Virus record (IMG/VR): IMGVR_UViG_3300028048_000038
Span: 224,001-288,000 of that record
DNA from: a virus
Lineage: Duplodnaviria; Caudoviricetes
Strand: one strand, 5' to 3'
DNA: 64,000 nt
Under the pieces are notes generated by a model. That model saw only the letters and a list, made by a program, of their open reading frames with translations. It was not told the DNA's origin and made no database searches. A program made the position numbers and the translations under genes. Shown here in pieces: positions 47,009-56,819 of the stretch (position 1 is its first letter; each line of letters opens with the position of its first letter).

Positions 47009-47367
47009 ATTTTATTTTCTAATTCGGAATAGAAGATGTTTCTTTTTATCGGTTTAAAAAGGAAATTACAAAACCAGACCACTAGTTTGCATATGGGATA
47101 GATAGTGATACTATATAATGGCTTAAGAAAGAACTTATACAGTAAAAATATCACTATAGCAATAGAAGGTATTATGCAATGTGGAGGTATGAAGAACCAC
47201 CAAAATGGTACGGTCTCTGGCTCACTACACCAACGGTCATCTTTCGTCATTAGCTCCTTTGTAAACTCTTTGAAAATACCAAATTTACTTGAAATATAGA
47301 GATACACATAGTTTATCACTACCATTATCAACCATACCAAACAAAGATTTAAAATTATTTCTTTCAT
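47005..47367 (-). CDS. Membrane protein
   Basis: Two to three hydrophobic segments. Confidence 0.65.
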   Translation of the reverse strand: MKEIILNLCLVWLIMVVINYVYLYISSKFGIFKEFTKELMTKDDRWCSEPETVPFWWFFIPPHCIIPSIAIVIFLLYKFFLKPLYSITIYPICKLVVWFCNFLFKPIKRNIFYSELENKI

Positions 47368-47639
47368 TATTCTTTAGTTATTTTTCTTAAAATCAATTCT
47401 CCATCAAAATGTTCAGTTCTCATTGCATAGCCACACTTGGGGCAGCGATAATGAGACACAACTGTTAATGCATCAATTTCTCTGTTATAGTTCGAAAAAG
47501 TGCAACCTACCTCTAGGGTGTAATGGCTACCACTACCATTTTTGCAGCCACAATACTGTTTTTCAATATTGGACTTGGCATATTTTTTTGCTTTTCTTCT
47601 CTGTTCCAATATCTCTTTTATAGTGTGTGATGTTTTCAT
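47367..47639 (-). CDS. Small Zn-ribbon protein
   Basis: CGC...H, CPKCG. Confidence 0.65.
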   Translation of the reverse strand: MKTSHTIKEILEQRRKAKKYAKSNIEKQYCGCKNGSGSHYTLEVGCTFSNYNREIDALTVVSHYRCPKCGYAMRTEHFDGELILRKITKE

Positions 47640-48241
47640 TCCTTAATTTTTAAAATTTCACCCTTAACCCATGCCTTTGTGACATCAAAGTTGCTAAAGT
47701 TATTACCCTCAATGAAATCATAAGACAGCATTGGGTAATCATTCTCAGTGTTATCGTCATGCTCAATCGAGATTGAAACGATAAGTGAACATGCGCCATC
47801 CTCTCCCTTATCCTTGTTATAGTCATCAAGAGCCTCCTTAAGTATTGCGGTATAGTCCATTTCCTTTGATGAAAGGCTTACCATGTCCTCACCCTTGACA
47901 CCAAGGGAATTAAAGAACTTGATTGCCTCCTTAATCTCCTTGTTGGAACAAAGCACACAACTAATCTTGGTATCGTTGCCCTTGAGGTAGTTGAAGAACA
48001 TCTTAGCCTTGCTTCTAAGAATCTGAAAGCGCACGATAATGTCGCTCTTATCCTCAGTATATGGCTTTGAATAACGTACAACAATATCTTCCTCGTCAAC
48101 TAGATGTCTTCCAGCTAACACCATTGAGTTGGCAAAGTCCATATCACTCTCAAAGTCTGTTAGATTGAAAGTAATTGGGTTTGCATCAACGGTTGCTAAG
48201 TCCAAACCGTCTAACCATTTAACAAAATCATCGTAAATCAT
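47636..48241 (-). CDS. Hypothetical protein
   Basis: 201-aa ORF. Confidence 0.8.
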   Translation of the reverse strand: MIYDDFVKWLDGLDLATVDANPITFNLTDFESDMDFANSMVLAGRHLVDEEDIVVRYSKPYTEDKSDIIVRFQILRSKAKMFFNYLKGNDTKISCVLCSNKEIKEAIKFFNSLGVKGEDMVSLSSKEMDYTAILKEALDDYNKDKGEDGACSLIVSISIEHDDNTENDYPMLSYDFIEGNNFSNFDVTKAWVKGEILKIKE

Positions 48242-48453
48242 AGATATCTCTTATTTCTTTCTACTATTTTCTCAACTCTCTCCTTTGACTCAAAATCGAG
48301 GAACTCGAAATTGAATCTCTCACCTTCCTTGTTATATACAGCAGAAGGTTTGCCACTTCTGAGAATACTAATCTCAGAGACTAATACAGTGCGATTGGTG
48401 AGAACACCCTCAAACACCACTCCAAACGGCTTGCTAAATGTTATTTTGCTCAT
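48238..48453 (-). CDS. Hypothetical protein
   Basis: MSKITFSKPF... after the cassette promoter. Confidence 0.7.
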   Translation of the reverse strand: MSKITFSKPFGVVFEGVLTNRTVLVSEISILRSGKPSAVYNKEGERFNFEFLDFESKERVEKIVERNKRYL

Positions 48454-48471
48454 ATCTTTTATTAATTGTTG

Positions 48472-48522
48472 TAAAGATACGAAAAAAAATTGGGATGACA
48501 AAATATCACCCCAATCTTTAAC
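48472..48522 (-). promoter_or_regulatory. Fused terminator-promoter cassette, copy 4
   Basis: ATTGGGGTGA-tattttg-TCATCCCAAT, U-tract, TATCTTTA; 19-nt spacer. Confidence 0.7.
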
Positions 48523-48534
48523 TATTATTAACTT

Positions 48535-48681
48535 TTAAACCTTAATTCTTTTTCCGTTTTCATCAAAAAACGTATATCTTGGTATTCCATTATTATCAGT
48601 TGACCAAACAACTGAATGATATATTATATCTTTTTCAATTGATGACCAAGTTACATCTATTTCACTAATTTTATTTCCCAT
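48535..48681 (-). CDS. Small hypothetical protein
   Basis: MGNKISEIDV... after the endolysin stop. Confidence 0.5.
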   Translation of the reverse strand: MGNKISEIDVTWSSIEKDIIYHSVVWSTDNNGIPRYTFFDENGKRIKV

Positions 48682-48688
48682 ATTACTA

Positions 48689-49189
48689 CTACTCGCCAAA
48701 TTTAAAGTCATTAAGTCTGTTAAGCCATCCAGCAAGAAATTTCTCCTTTCCATTCTTAGCTATATCTTGGAAATGCTTCTTTCTTCTGTTCCAGAGCTTA
48801 TTGAATAATTCCTTTTTATCTTTATAGTTATTAATGGCGGCAATGGTTTTAGAGCCTACAACGCCATCATCCTTAACACCAAGCACCCTTTGTGGTAGCT
48901 TGATACCATAAACGCCACTAGTCCAGCACCAATCTACAAGCAAATTGGCAATTGATTGATTATCAATCTCATCAGCTTTCCATCTATCCCAATATCCTTC
49001 CTTAAAGATTAAATCCCATTCAGCTTGCGTTATTCCTTTCAAGTCTTTGCAGTTCTTATCCTTTCCGAAGAATTTCCTATATGTAGCCAACGTAACACCC
49101 TTCATAGTACAAGTAGCCCCATCGATGTTGCCACAATAGCCACCTTCCCATTTAAGTACAATTGGCGTTAATTTTGTGTAAATTGCCAT
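48689..49189 (-). CDS. Endolysin, glycoside hydrolase 108 with peptidoglycan-binding domain
   Basis: WEGGY, T.KGVT, DW.W.SG, DGVVGSKT, KFLAGWLNR. Confidence 0.9.
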   Translation of the reverse strand: MAIYTKLTPIVLKWEGGYCGNIDGATCTMKGVTLATYRKFFGKDKNCKDLKGITQAEWDLIFKEGYWDRWKADEIDNQSIANLLVDWCWTSGVYGIKLPQRVLGVKDDGVVGSKTIAAINNYKDKKELFNKLWNRRKKHFQDIAKNGKEKFLAGWLNRLNDFKFGE

Positions 49190-49197
49190 AAATGTAA

Positions 49198-49581
49198 TTA
49201 TTTTTTATTTCCAGTATCTGTTAATACCTTATCGCTCTCCAAGAATACCTTCTTGAAAAATTCATATAATGAGCTAGTTGGATGGTCTGCATATTTCTTC
49301 AAACCCTCAATAGCTGTTTCTCTAATCTTACCGATAATTGGTTCATGTTGAATAACCTCTTGAGCATGCATTGCAATCTCTTCCTCAGAATCTCCATTTC
49401 CCATCATCTGTTGTGGTTGTTGCTGCATCATTAATGGGTCTTGTGGTGGCATTTGTTCACCCATTCCTTGAGGGTCTTCCATTGCTCCCTCATCACCGTT
49501 AAATAGATAGTCTTCTGAGAGTTGTGTTTTCAAAACCTTTAACTCTTCTACAATATTCTTAATATCTTTTTCCTTATTCAT
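49198..49581 (-). CDS. Hypothetical protein with Gln/Met-rich linker
   Basis: 127-aa ORF; TATTTATA at 49602-49609. Confidence 0.75.
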   Translation of the reverse strand: MNKEKDIKNIVEELKVLKTQLSEDYLFNGDEGAMEDPQGMGEQMPPQDPLMMQQQPQQMMGNGDSEEEIAMHAQEVIQHEPIIGKIRETAIEGLKKYADHPTSSLYEFFKKVFLESDKVLTDTGNKK

Positions 49582-49621
49582 AATAAAACGTTTTATTTCT
49601 ATATAAATATTACATAGGAAT

Positions 49622-49656
49622 AAAAAAAGAGGTTAGATTCGGTCTAACCTCTTTTC
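49622..49656 (-). terminator. Rho-independent terminator
   Basis: AAAAGAGGTTAGA-ttcgg-TCTAACCTCTTTT. Confidence 0.8.
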
Positions 49657-49664
49657 TTTTTTTA

Positions 49665-52600
49665 TCATGGATGTGGAACATCGCTTTGTCTTACATTATT
49701 CATGTAGTTATAGCCACTAGCCTCAGAAGATTCGTCTGTTGAGTAATTGGTCTTATAACCAGCTGCTTCTGCCTTTGCTTTAGCCTCTGTATCACTTGGA
49801 CTGTAGTACAAACCGCAATCCCAAATATTACTCAAATATAGACCATTCTGCATAGAATCTATTGATGGTGTAGTTCCACTAGGACCTTCTTGTACACATG
49901 CAATTCTAAGAACGTTGGTATCAGTGAATTCGTTGGTTGTTGGGTCAATGTAATCACCAGTCAAATCATCAATAATTACGTCATCATCGGTTTGTTCTGA
50001 GAATCTACCACGAGAAAGTCTTGCGTGAACTTGCATCTTTCTGTTTGCTCCATCCTCAACCCATTCTGATTCAGTTGAACAAGTCTTTCCGCTTACCCAC
50101 ATTGTGAGAAGTTCACAAATCTGGTCATTAAGCATTTGGTCAGCCTCGTTGAATGAAGTTGCAGCACTGATAATACAAGCGCCTACATATGGTTGATATC
50201 TTGCACCCTCTCCACACTCTGGTAACATTGAACCCTCGCCATAAAGCATTTCATATATCTTATTGGCTTTCTTGTCAATACATTCAACATCGTCTGAAGA
50301 TTCATCTATCTTTGATTCAACTCTAGCTAGATTTTGGTCTAAGATAAAGTCTGCATTACTGAAAGATGTTGCACTATTAGTGTATTTTCCTTGTGGATTT
50401 GGCTCGTATCTATATCCTTCTCCACACTCTTGTCCTATCTGATGACCTAAGACTACATTCTCAAGAACCTTAAGTTCGTTCTTGGTACATTCAGCAGTTT
50501 CCTCTGCTTCGCTCATTGCAGATGAAGAAACGTAGAGTCCGTTATTAACAATCTGAACAGCATTATCTGGTAGGTTTGTTAACAATATACGTCCGCTAAG
50601 TTTGTCTTGTCCTCCAGGTTCTACCGATGGGGTCTTTGTCAACTCTACAGCACTATTCTCAGATGCATTATATGTATCCCACTCATTGAACAACTCTGCT
50701 ACTGGGAAACTAACCGTATGTACACCACCATTACCGTCATGATAGGTTATCACTAAGGCTTTATTGGTTGAATCGTATACAAGACTATCAATTACAGTAG
50801 CACCAGCAAGTTGATACTCCTCTTCTCCTGCTGTTGTAGTAAGCTTAATCTTGTTTGTGCCAGTATCGTATGATAGATGAGCTGTTGCATACAAGCCTTG
50901 ACCAAGTTTGATTAAGTTGTCACCCCCTTGAATCTTCACATTTGCCTTAACCACGTTGTTTTCTTCACTTGGAATGTTGAAGTCGATTGATGTGGTGTCA
51001 TCAAATGTTAGGGTTGCATCGATAATCATCTGTTCAAGTTCGGCATCCTTTGCTTGTCTTGCTTGCGTTTCTGCTGTTAGAGCGTTTGACAAGTTCGTGT
51101 CAGCATTTTCTCTGTTGTTCTTTTCAGTCTCCAATGCCTCTGAAATGGTATTTTCAGCAACTTGTGCTCTTGAAACCTCTTGATTGATTCTTGATGATAA
51201 ATCTGCATCTGCAACTGTTCTGTCAGAAGTCTCGTCAGCAATCTTCTGATAAAGTTCATTATCAGCGTTCTGTGCTCTAAGTGTCTCAGTGACGATTGCT
51301 GCATTAAGTTCGCCTTCCTTGGTTTGCGCCCTAGAAATCTCAGCCTCAAGCCTTGTATCAAGTCTTTGTTCGGTTTCTCTTGCACGTGCCTCTTCGGAAT
51401 CAATCTTGGTGTCGAGTATTTCTTCAGCATTTTCAGCCCTTGATGTTTCATCATCAATAAGATGTGAAAGGTTGTTGATTGATGTCTGTAATGCAGTTTC
51501 AGCACTGATTGCACGAGTGACTTCAGTATCAATCTTAGAGTTAAGAGTGTTCTCTTCTGATTCTGCACGATTGATTTCGCTAGTCAAATCACTTCTCAAC
51601 TGTGCGATTGCACTCTTATTATCTTCAATCTGTTGACCAGATACATAAAGTGCGCCATGCTCATTTTTAAGTATATTGTCATCATGAGCTGTAGTTATAA
51701 CAACCTCACCAGATAGTTTATCCTTTCCGTCAATTACTCTCTGCCTATTGAGTTTAATTGCGCTGTTTGGGTCATTGTACACTTCCCACTCTTGGAAAAT
51801 CTCTCCAAGTGGAATACGGAGTTCCTTCTGTTCAGAACCACTATGATACTTAATGATAAGAGTCTCAGTGGTTGGGTCATATTCCATGCCATCGATTATT
51901 GACACGCTATTAAGCTGAATCTCTTTGCTAACATTCTCAGTAGAAGCATTATCAGATTTTGTAAGAGTCAACTTATTGGTATCAGGATTGTAATTCAAGT
52001 CGATGAAATTATACAAGCCATCATGTTCAAGTCTAAGGGTGTTATTAGGCTCAATTGCGCTTAAGTTAACCTTTACGACCTTTGTAATGTTATCTTCATC
52101 TGAAGAACCAGTAGTGGAAACATCAATTGAATTATCAGTGTTAATGACATCCTTTATACTCTTGTGTGCGCTATCCTTAACAGCATCAACTTCATCTCTT
52201 ACTGTATTACGAGCACCAAATCCATCGCCAATCTCTGTATCAATTGCATCAAGTCTTCCGTCATGCTCAGTATCCTTCGCTTCTGAACGGTCAATCTCAC
52301 CTTGAAGCTTGTCAGCCTCTGAATTAACTTGGTTTTGTAACTGTTCAAACTTGTATGTCACTGTCTCATGTGCATCTGTTGAGAAGCCATTGCCAATTGT
52401 GGTGTCAATTCTACCTTCCTCTCTAGTTGCACGAGCTGTCTCAGAATCAATTTTGTTGTTCAAGGTTTCTTCTGCATTCTCTGCTCTAGCAATTTCCAAG
52501 TTAATCTTATTGTCAAGAGCATAGTCAATTTCATGAAGAGTATCAATCTCTTTCTTAACATTTGAATCCTCACCATGTCTGATATTGTCAGAAGTACCCT

Positions 52601-54029
52601 TTACGAACAACTCATGATTTTTATCAACCAAGATGTTATCTGGGTCATTGAATATCTTTGCGTCTGCTGAAACCTTATCGTTTCCGCTAACCTTTCTAAC
52701 CTTAATGAGCTTAATGTTGTGACCTTCATTTTGAACTTCCCATTCCCAATCACGAATCATGTCACCAATTGGTATTTCAACAAACTGTGTAACTCCCTTG
52801 TTATCCTTATAGGTTACAATAAGAGCCTCCTTAGTTGGGTCATAGTAGATATGTTCAAAAAGCTCAACACTATTCAACAAGATTTCAGTTTTCTTTTCTC
52901 CGTTCTGTCCAGAAGTCTTAAAGACAAGCTTGTTGTCCTTAGATACATACTCTAGCTTAGATGAAGCGAAGAAACCATCTGTCTTTTCAGTGATTATATT
53001 GTCACTATCGCTTGAAAGTTTAATGTTTACAAGGTCATCGAGAGTATCTTTTACATTTGATAGCTCACCGTTTCTATAATAAACTATGTTAGATGCCTTA
53101 CCATCAACGTACAAGTATCTTCCATCACTTGTTCTCTGTAAGATGTTTGTTGATTTCTCCTTATCTAGAGGGAGTGGTTTGCCTTGCTCATCAAACTCTT
53201 CGTCCTTAATTCTTACGTTAGCTTTAAGAACGTCTTGCCAAGGTTCAAGTCTTGAATATTCTTCAGTACCATACTTAACCTCTTCCTTGGTAAGAATGAC
53301 TGGAGACTTAGCGGCATCGCCAATAACATCCCATTCAGCGATAAGGTATTTGCAGTCCACAACAATTTCATCACCCTTCTTCATGTTGAAATGAAGTGAC
53401 TCGTCTTGTACACTATATCTTCCACTGATTAGATGGTCATCTGAAATGTCAACTGTGGTGGCGGAAAGAGTGCCATCGCTGTTACTAACAGTAAATGTAA
53501 ACTCTTCATTTTCCTTATCATAGTCAAGGTTAACGTACATGAATATACCGTCTGGTGTCACCATCAAGTTATCCTTATATCTTACATCATTGAAAATGTA
53601 AGAATCTGCCACCTTAACATCGCCACTTACATAAGTGCCATCATCTGTTTTATTGGCATATAAATTCAATGTCTCACTATCAAGTGGTACAATAGTAAGT
53701 GATTTTAAAGCCTTTTCAAGCTCCTCTTGCAAATCAGCAATTTCTTCCTCTGTTTTATCAATGTCGATGATACAGAATCTGTTCTCACTGTATTGAGTTC
53801 CCTCATTTGTGACAGAACCAATTGCCAAAATGATATGTGGATTTGTCTCATCCTCTTCATTCTTATATCTGAGAACTGTTGGCTCTGAGAACAAAGAATA
53901 CCCAAGAGTTCTGTCATTTACAGAAAGACCACTATCAGCAAATCTTATCTGACTCTTAATGTATCCAATAGCATCTTCCCTAGTCTCGAATACATTGCTG
54001 TGATGTCTAAATTGTAATCTATTATTCAT
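49665..54029 (-). CDS. Long tail-fibre-like protein with repeated beta modules and ExxRA coiled-coil repeats
   Basis: Four copies of a YDPT...L.I.Y...IP...EW.V...DKLSG module separated by EI.RA..AE..L..KI repeats. Confidence 0.65.
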   Translation of the reverse strand: MNNRLQFRHHSNVFETREDAIGYIKSQIRFADSGLSVNDRTLGYSLFSEPTVLRYKNEEDETNPHIILAIGSVTNEGTQYSENRFCIIDIDKTEEEIADLQEELEKALKSLTIVPLDSETLNLYANKTDDGTYVSGDVKVADSYIFNDVRYKDNLMVTPDGIFMYVNLDYDKENEEFTFTVSNSDGTLSATTVDISDDHLISGRYSVQDESLHFNMKKGDEIVVDCKYLIAEWDVIGDAAKSPVILTKEEVKYGTEEYSRLEPWQDVLKANVRIKDEEFDEQGKPLPLDKEKSTNILQRTSDGRYLYVDGKASNIVYYRNGELSNVKDTLDDLVNIKLSSDSDNIITEKTDGFFASSKLEYVSKDNKLVFKTSGQNGEKKTEILLNSVELFEHIYYDPTKEALIVTYKDNKGVTQFVEIPIGDMIRDWEWEVQNEGHNIKLIKVRKVSGNDKVSADAKIFNDPDNILVDKNHELFVKGTSDNIRHGEDSNVKKEIDTLHEIDYALDNKINLEIARAENAEETLNNKIDSETARATREEGRIDTTIGNGFSTDAHETVTYKFEQLQNQVNSEADKLQGEIDRSEAKDTEHDGRLDAIDTEIGDGFGARNTVRDEVDAVKDSAHKSIKDVINTDNSIDVSTTGSSDEDNITKVVKVNLSAIEPNNTLRLEHDGLYNFIDLNYNPDTNKLTLTKSDNASTENVSKEIQLNSVSIIDGMEYDPTTETLIIKYHSGSEQKELRIPLGEIFQEWEVYNDPNSAIKLNRQRVIDGKDKLSGEVVITTAHDDNILKNEHGALYVSGQQIEDNKSAIAQLRSDLTSEINRAESEENTLNSKIDTEVTRAISAETALQTSINNLSHLIDDETSRAENAEEILDTKIDSEEARARETEQRLDTRLEAEISRAQTKEGELNAAIVTETLRAQNADNELYQKIADETSDRTVADADLSSRINQEVSRAQVAENTISEALETEKNNRENADTNLSNALTAETQARQAKDAELEQMIIDATLTFDDTTSIDFNIPSEENNVVKANVKIQGGDNLIKLGQGLYATAHLSYDTGTNKIKLTTTAGEEEYQLAGATVIDSLVYDSTNKALVITYHDGNGGVHTVSFPVAELFNEWDTYNASENSAVELTKTPSVEPGGQDKLSGRILLTNLPDNAVQIVNNGLYVSSSAMSEAEETAECTKNELKVLENVVLGHQIGQECGEGYRYEPNPQGKYTNSATSFSNADFILDQNLARVESKIDESSDDVECIDKKANKIYEMLYGEGSMLPECGEGARYQPYVGACIISAATSFNEADQMLNDQICELLTMWVSGKTCSTESEWVEDGANRKMQVHARLSRGRFSEQTDDDVIIDDLTGDYIDPTTNEFTDTNVLRIACVQEGPSGTTPSIDSMQNGLYLSNIWDCGLYYSPSDTEAKAKAEAAGYKTNYSTDESSEASGYNYMNNVRQSDVPHP

Positions 54030-54052
54030 TGCTTTATATTGTTTCTACATTA

Positions 54053-56347
54053 TTAAATTTCGCCAAAGTCCGCATCGAACTTAATCTTTACAAAGTGCTC
54101 ATCAATACCATCCTTTGACTTAAGAACTAGATTGTATTCATCCTTTTCAACTGCTGTTGAAAGGGTGTAGTCCTCACTAGTGTCGATGGTTTGACCAGAA
54201 ATTTCATCTTCAGCAGCCTTTGCTCTCTCAATTTCCTCGAAAAGCTCTTCCTCGATTTCATCCTCTCTAGCTGTTGCTCTCTCGGTTTCAGCTTCAATCT
54301 TCTCGTCAAGTATTGTTTCAGCACTGATAGCTCTCTCGATTTCAGCCTCAATCTTTTCATCAAGCATTGTCTCAGCACTGATGGCTCTTGCCGTTTCAGC
54401 TTCAATCTTCTCGTCAAGTATTGTTTCAGCACTGATAGCTCTCTCGATTTCAGCCTCAATCTTTTCATCAAGCATTGTTTCAGCACTGATAGCCCTTGCA
54501 ATCTCAGCATCTAGGTCTTCACGAAGTGTATCAACAGCTCCAGATATGAATCTATCAGCCTCAATACGTTCCATGCGCTCGTTGCTTATTCTGCGGCAAA
54601 GCATTTCATCAGCCCTCTCACGCTCATAACGTTCCTCATCAATCATAGGAACAATTATATGAAGAACTCTCTCTACAACAAGGTCATCTGTATTTTTCAA
54701 AACCTTATCACAGCCATCATCAGAAAGATATACTCTATACTCAATGTTTGTTTGTGAAACCTTTGGTATTTCAACTTCGATGCAACGCTCGATACCTTCT
54801 CCATCAACCCAACAAACAATTGTTGTATCACCACTAGTCTTATCAAAGCATGGATTCTCGATTACAATTGTAGTTCCTTCCTCCATAACCTTCTTTTCCC
54901 AATAAGTACCATTGAATTCATTAATGAACATTTCTACTCTCTTCTCGTTTGGAAGATTGCCATTATTAGGAACTAAAACCTCTGGTGTCTTGTTGCTCTC
55001 ATCGAGATTATCGATTGTTACAAATCCTTTCTTATCAGCAAAGTTGCTCGCAAGCCAAATCTGTCCACTCTGTGGGAAAAGGATAGCCTTATACATCACA
55101 CCATTGATGTATTCAGCATCACGATAGTTAGAGCCATCATAGTTCTTAACCAATCTCACTGAATAATATGGGTCTGGACATTCAGCAACTTGATATACGC
55201 CACTCTTGTCATAGTCAAATACCTTTACATAGGTATCTTGTCCTAGACCTAAATCAGTGGTTGTCCAAAAAGCAGTAGTTTCCTTAAAACCTTCTGAACG
55301 TTGACTACCCCTAACAAATGTAGAAACACCACTTGGCAATATTGTCATACCAAAGTTGTCAGTTCCAACTGGATTTATTTCTACCTCATTAGGCATGTCA
55401 TTAACCTCATCCCAATCGAATGGATAATCCTCGGTGGGCGTTTCATCTACGGTTGTGCAACCAGTGTATGGTCTCTTTCCAGTACAAGTGCATTCGTATT
55501 CAGAGTTAACCCATCCGCATTCTGACTTTAAGTACTTACCAGCAAGTTTACCCAACTCAATGTGGCACTGAGCTGATGTATGATTTCTATAATTACAAGG
55601 TTCAATTGAATTAAGAAGTGCATCCCAATCTGCCTTTGAAGGAACACGCCAATAGTTCTCCCTATCACCAACTTCCTTCCTAATCTCTTCTCTTTCATAC
55701 TCATTGTCAAGAATCTCTTGTATCTTCTTAACACCTTCACCATTGTAAAGATAACCGTAATCGTTAACATATTCCTTGGTAACAAATCTTGTTTGATATT
55801 TTGCATTCTTAGGCAGTTCACTACCATCTGTCAAGTCCAATACCTTGTCAGCTGGAGCCAACATACCAGTTTTCTCAACACCAGCAAGACCAAGAGGTGC
55901 TTTCATAGTACCTATACCCTTAAGCGAACTATCAGAAATAACCTTAGTGAGAATGTCATGACCAATAACATCAACAAGGTTGTCAGCCGTGATTATATTC
56001 TCAATAACAAGATTATGTTCACCTTCATCATCTTTATAAGATAATCTTAATGTTTTACCTTTCTGGTAATCTTTTTCACTTGCAACGAACTCATATGTAA
56101 GATTCTTACAATGTCCTGTATCAGTGTTAATGTCTACAATTATCTTTGCATCATCATTTGTTGTAATGATTAGTTTTCCTTCTGCTTTACATTCATCTTC
56201 CCTAACAAATGTAGCATCCTTAATATCTGCATTTTTTAAGTTAAGGAAATTCTGGTCAATTTGATTTATGGTCAATTTGCAGTTGGCAGTAAAGTCGTCC
56301 TTGTAAGGAGATACTAACTTGTAGTACACAAGACCTCTATCACTCAT
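54053..56347 (-). CDS. Tail-fibre-like protein with FISUMP (Fibrobacter succinogenes major paralogous) domain and 18-aa repeats
   Basis: YGYLYN, WRVPSKADW, GKYLKS..GW, GTDNFG.TILPSG, FWTTT, SVRLVK; C-terminal EIERAISAETMLDEKIEA repeats. Confidence 0.7.
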   Translation of the reverse strand: MSDRGLVYYKLVSPYKDDFTANCKLTINQIDQNFLNLKNADIKDATFVREDECKAEGKLIITTNDDAKIIVDINTDTGHCKNLTYEFVASEKDYQKGKTLRLSYKDDEGEHNLVIENIITADNLVDVIGHDILTKVISDSSLKGIGTMKAPLGLAGVEKTGMLAPADKVLDLTDGSELPKNAKYQTRFVTKEYVNDYGYLYNGEGVKKIQEILDNEYEREEIRKEVGDRENYWRVPSKADWDALLNSIEPCNYRNHTSAQCHIELGKLAGKYLKSECGWVNSEYECTCTGKRPYTGCTTVDETPTEDYPFDWDEVNDMPNEVEINPVGTDNFGMTILPSGVSTFVRGSQRSEGFKETTAFWTTTDLGLGQDTYVKVFDYDKSGVYQVAECPDPYYSVRLVKNYDGSNYRDAEYINGVMYKAILFPQSGQIWLASNFADKKGFVTIDNLDESNKTPEVLVPNNGNLPNEKRVEMFINEFNGTYWEKKVMEEGTTIVIENPCFDKTSGDTTIVCWVDGEGIERCIEVEIPKVSQTNIEYRVYLSDDGCDKVLKNTDDLVVERVLHIIVPMIDEERYERERADEMLCRRISNERMERIEADRFISGAVDTLREDLDAEIARAISAETMLDEKIEAEIERAISAETILDEKIEAETARAISAETMLDEKIEAEIERAISAETILDEKIEAETERATAREDEIEEELFEEIERAKAAEDEISGQTIDTSEDYTLSTAVEKDEYNLVLKSKDGIDEHFVKIKFDADFGEI
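54285..54492. repeat. In-frame tandem repeat (54-bp unit, 108-bp higher-order period)
   Basis: 54285-54370 is identical to 54393-54478. Confidence 0.9.
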
Positions 56348-56455
56348 AATTTACTAATTATTTTTAATTTATTATTTTCCTTAAAAATAAATAGCAAAAA
56401 CATCTCCTTTATTATTGTTATTTAACAAATATTTATTATAAATCTTACAAAAATT

Positions 56456-56782
56456 ATGAAGCATCCAAAAGGATATTGGAAAAATAGGGAAAATATAATG
56501 GCTGAAGCTAAAAAGTATTCGACCAAGGAAGAGTTTCAGAAGGGGAATTTAACTGCTTTCCTTGCGGCCCATCGCTATGGGTTTATAGATGAGATGGAGT
56601 GGCTCGTTAAGCAGAAGCAACACAAGAATGGGTATTGGACTTATGAGCATATTGAGGAAGAGGCGTTGAAGTACAATACTAAGACAGAGTTCTTCAAGGG
56701 AAACCAAACAGCATATAGAAAAGCATTGGAAATGGGTGTCATAGATGATTTCTTCATGTTGAATGGTTATGTAGAAATGTGA
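56456..56782 (+). CDS. Protein of two ~47-aa repeats (HEG-type DNA-binding repeats, no nuclease)
   Basis: H..GYW..E.I..EA.KY.TK.EF.KGN.TA...A...G.ID occurs twice. Confidence 0.7.
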   Translation: MKHPKGYWKNRENIMAEAKKYSTKEEFQKGNLTAFLAAHRYGFIDEMEWLVKQKQHKNGYWTYEHIEEEALKYNTKTEFFKGNQTAYRKALEMGVIDDFFMLNGYVEM

Positions 56783-56784
56783 AA

Positions 56785-56812
56785 AATGGAGATAGAATCG
56801 TCTATCTCCATT
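56785..56812. terminator. Bidirectional terminator
   Basis: AATGGAGATAGA-atcg-TCTATCTCCATT. Confidence 0.75.
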
Positions 56813-56819
56813 CAATGTT

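Noticed and set aside
54285-54492. CRISPR array or DGR template/variable repeat
   Set aside because: Repeats are contiguous, in frame and have no spacers; differences are not adenine-specific and no reverse transcriptase or cas gene is present
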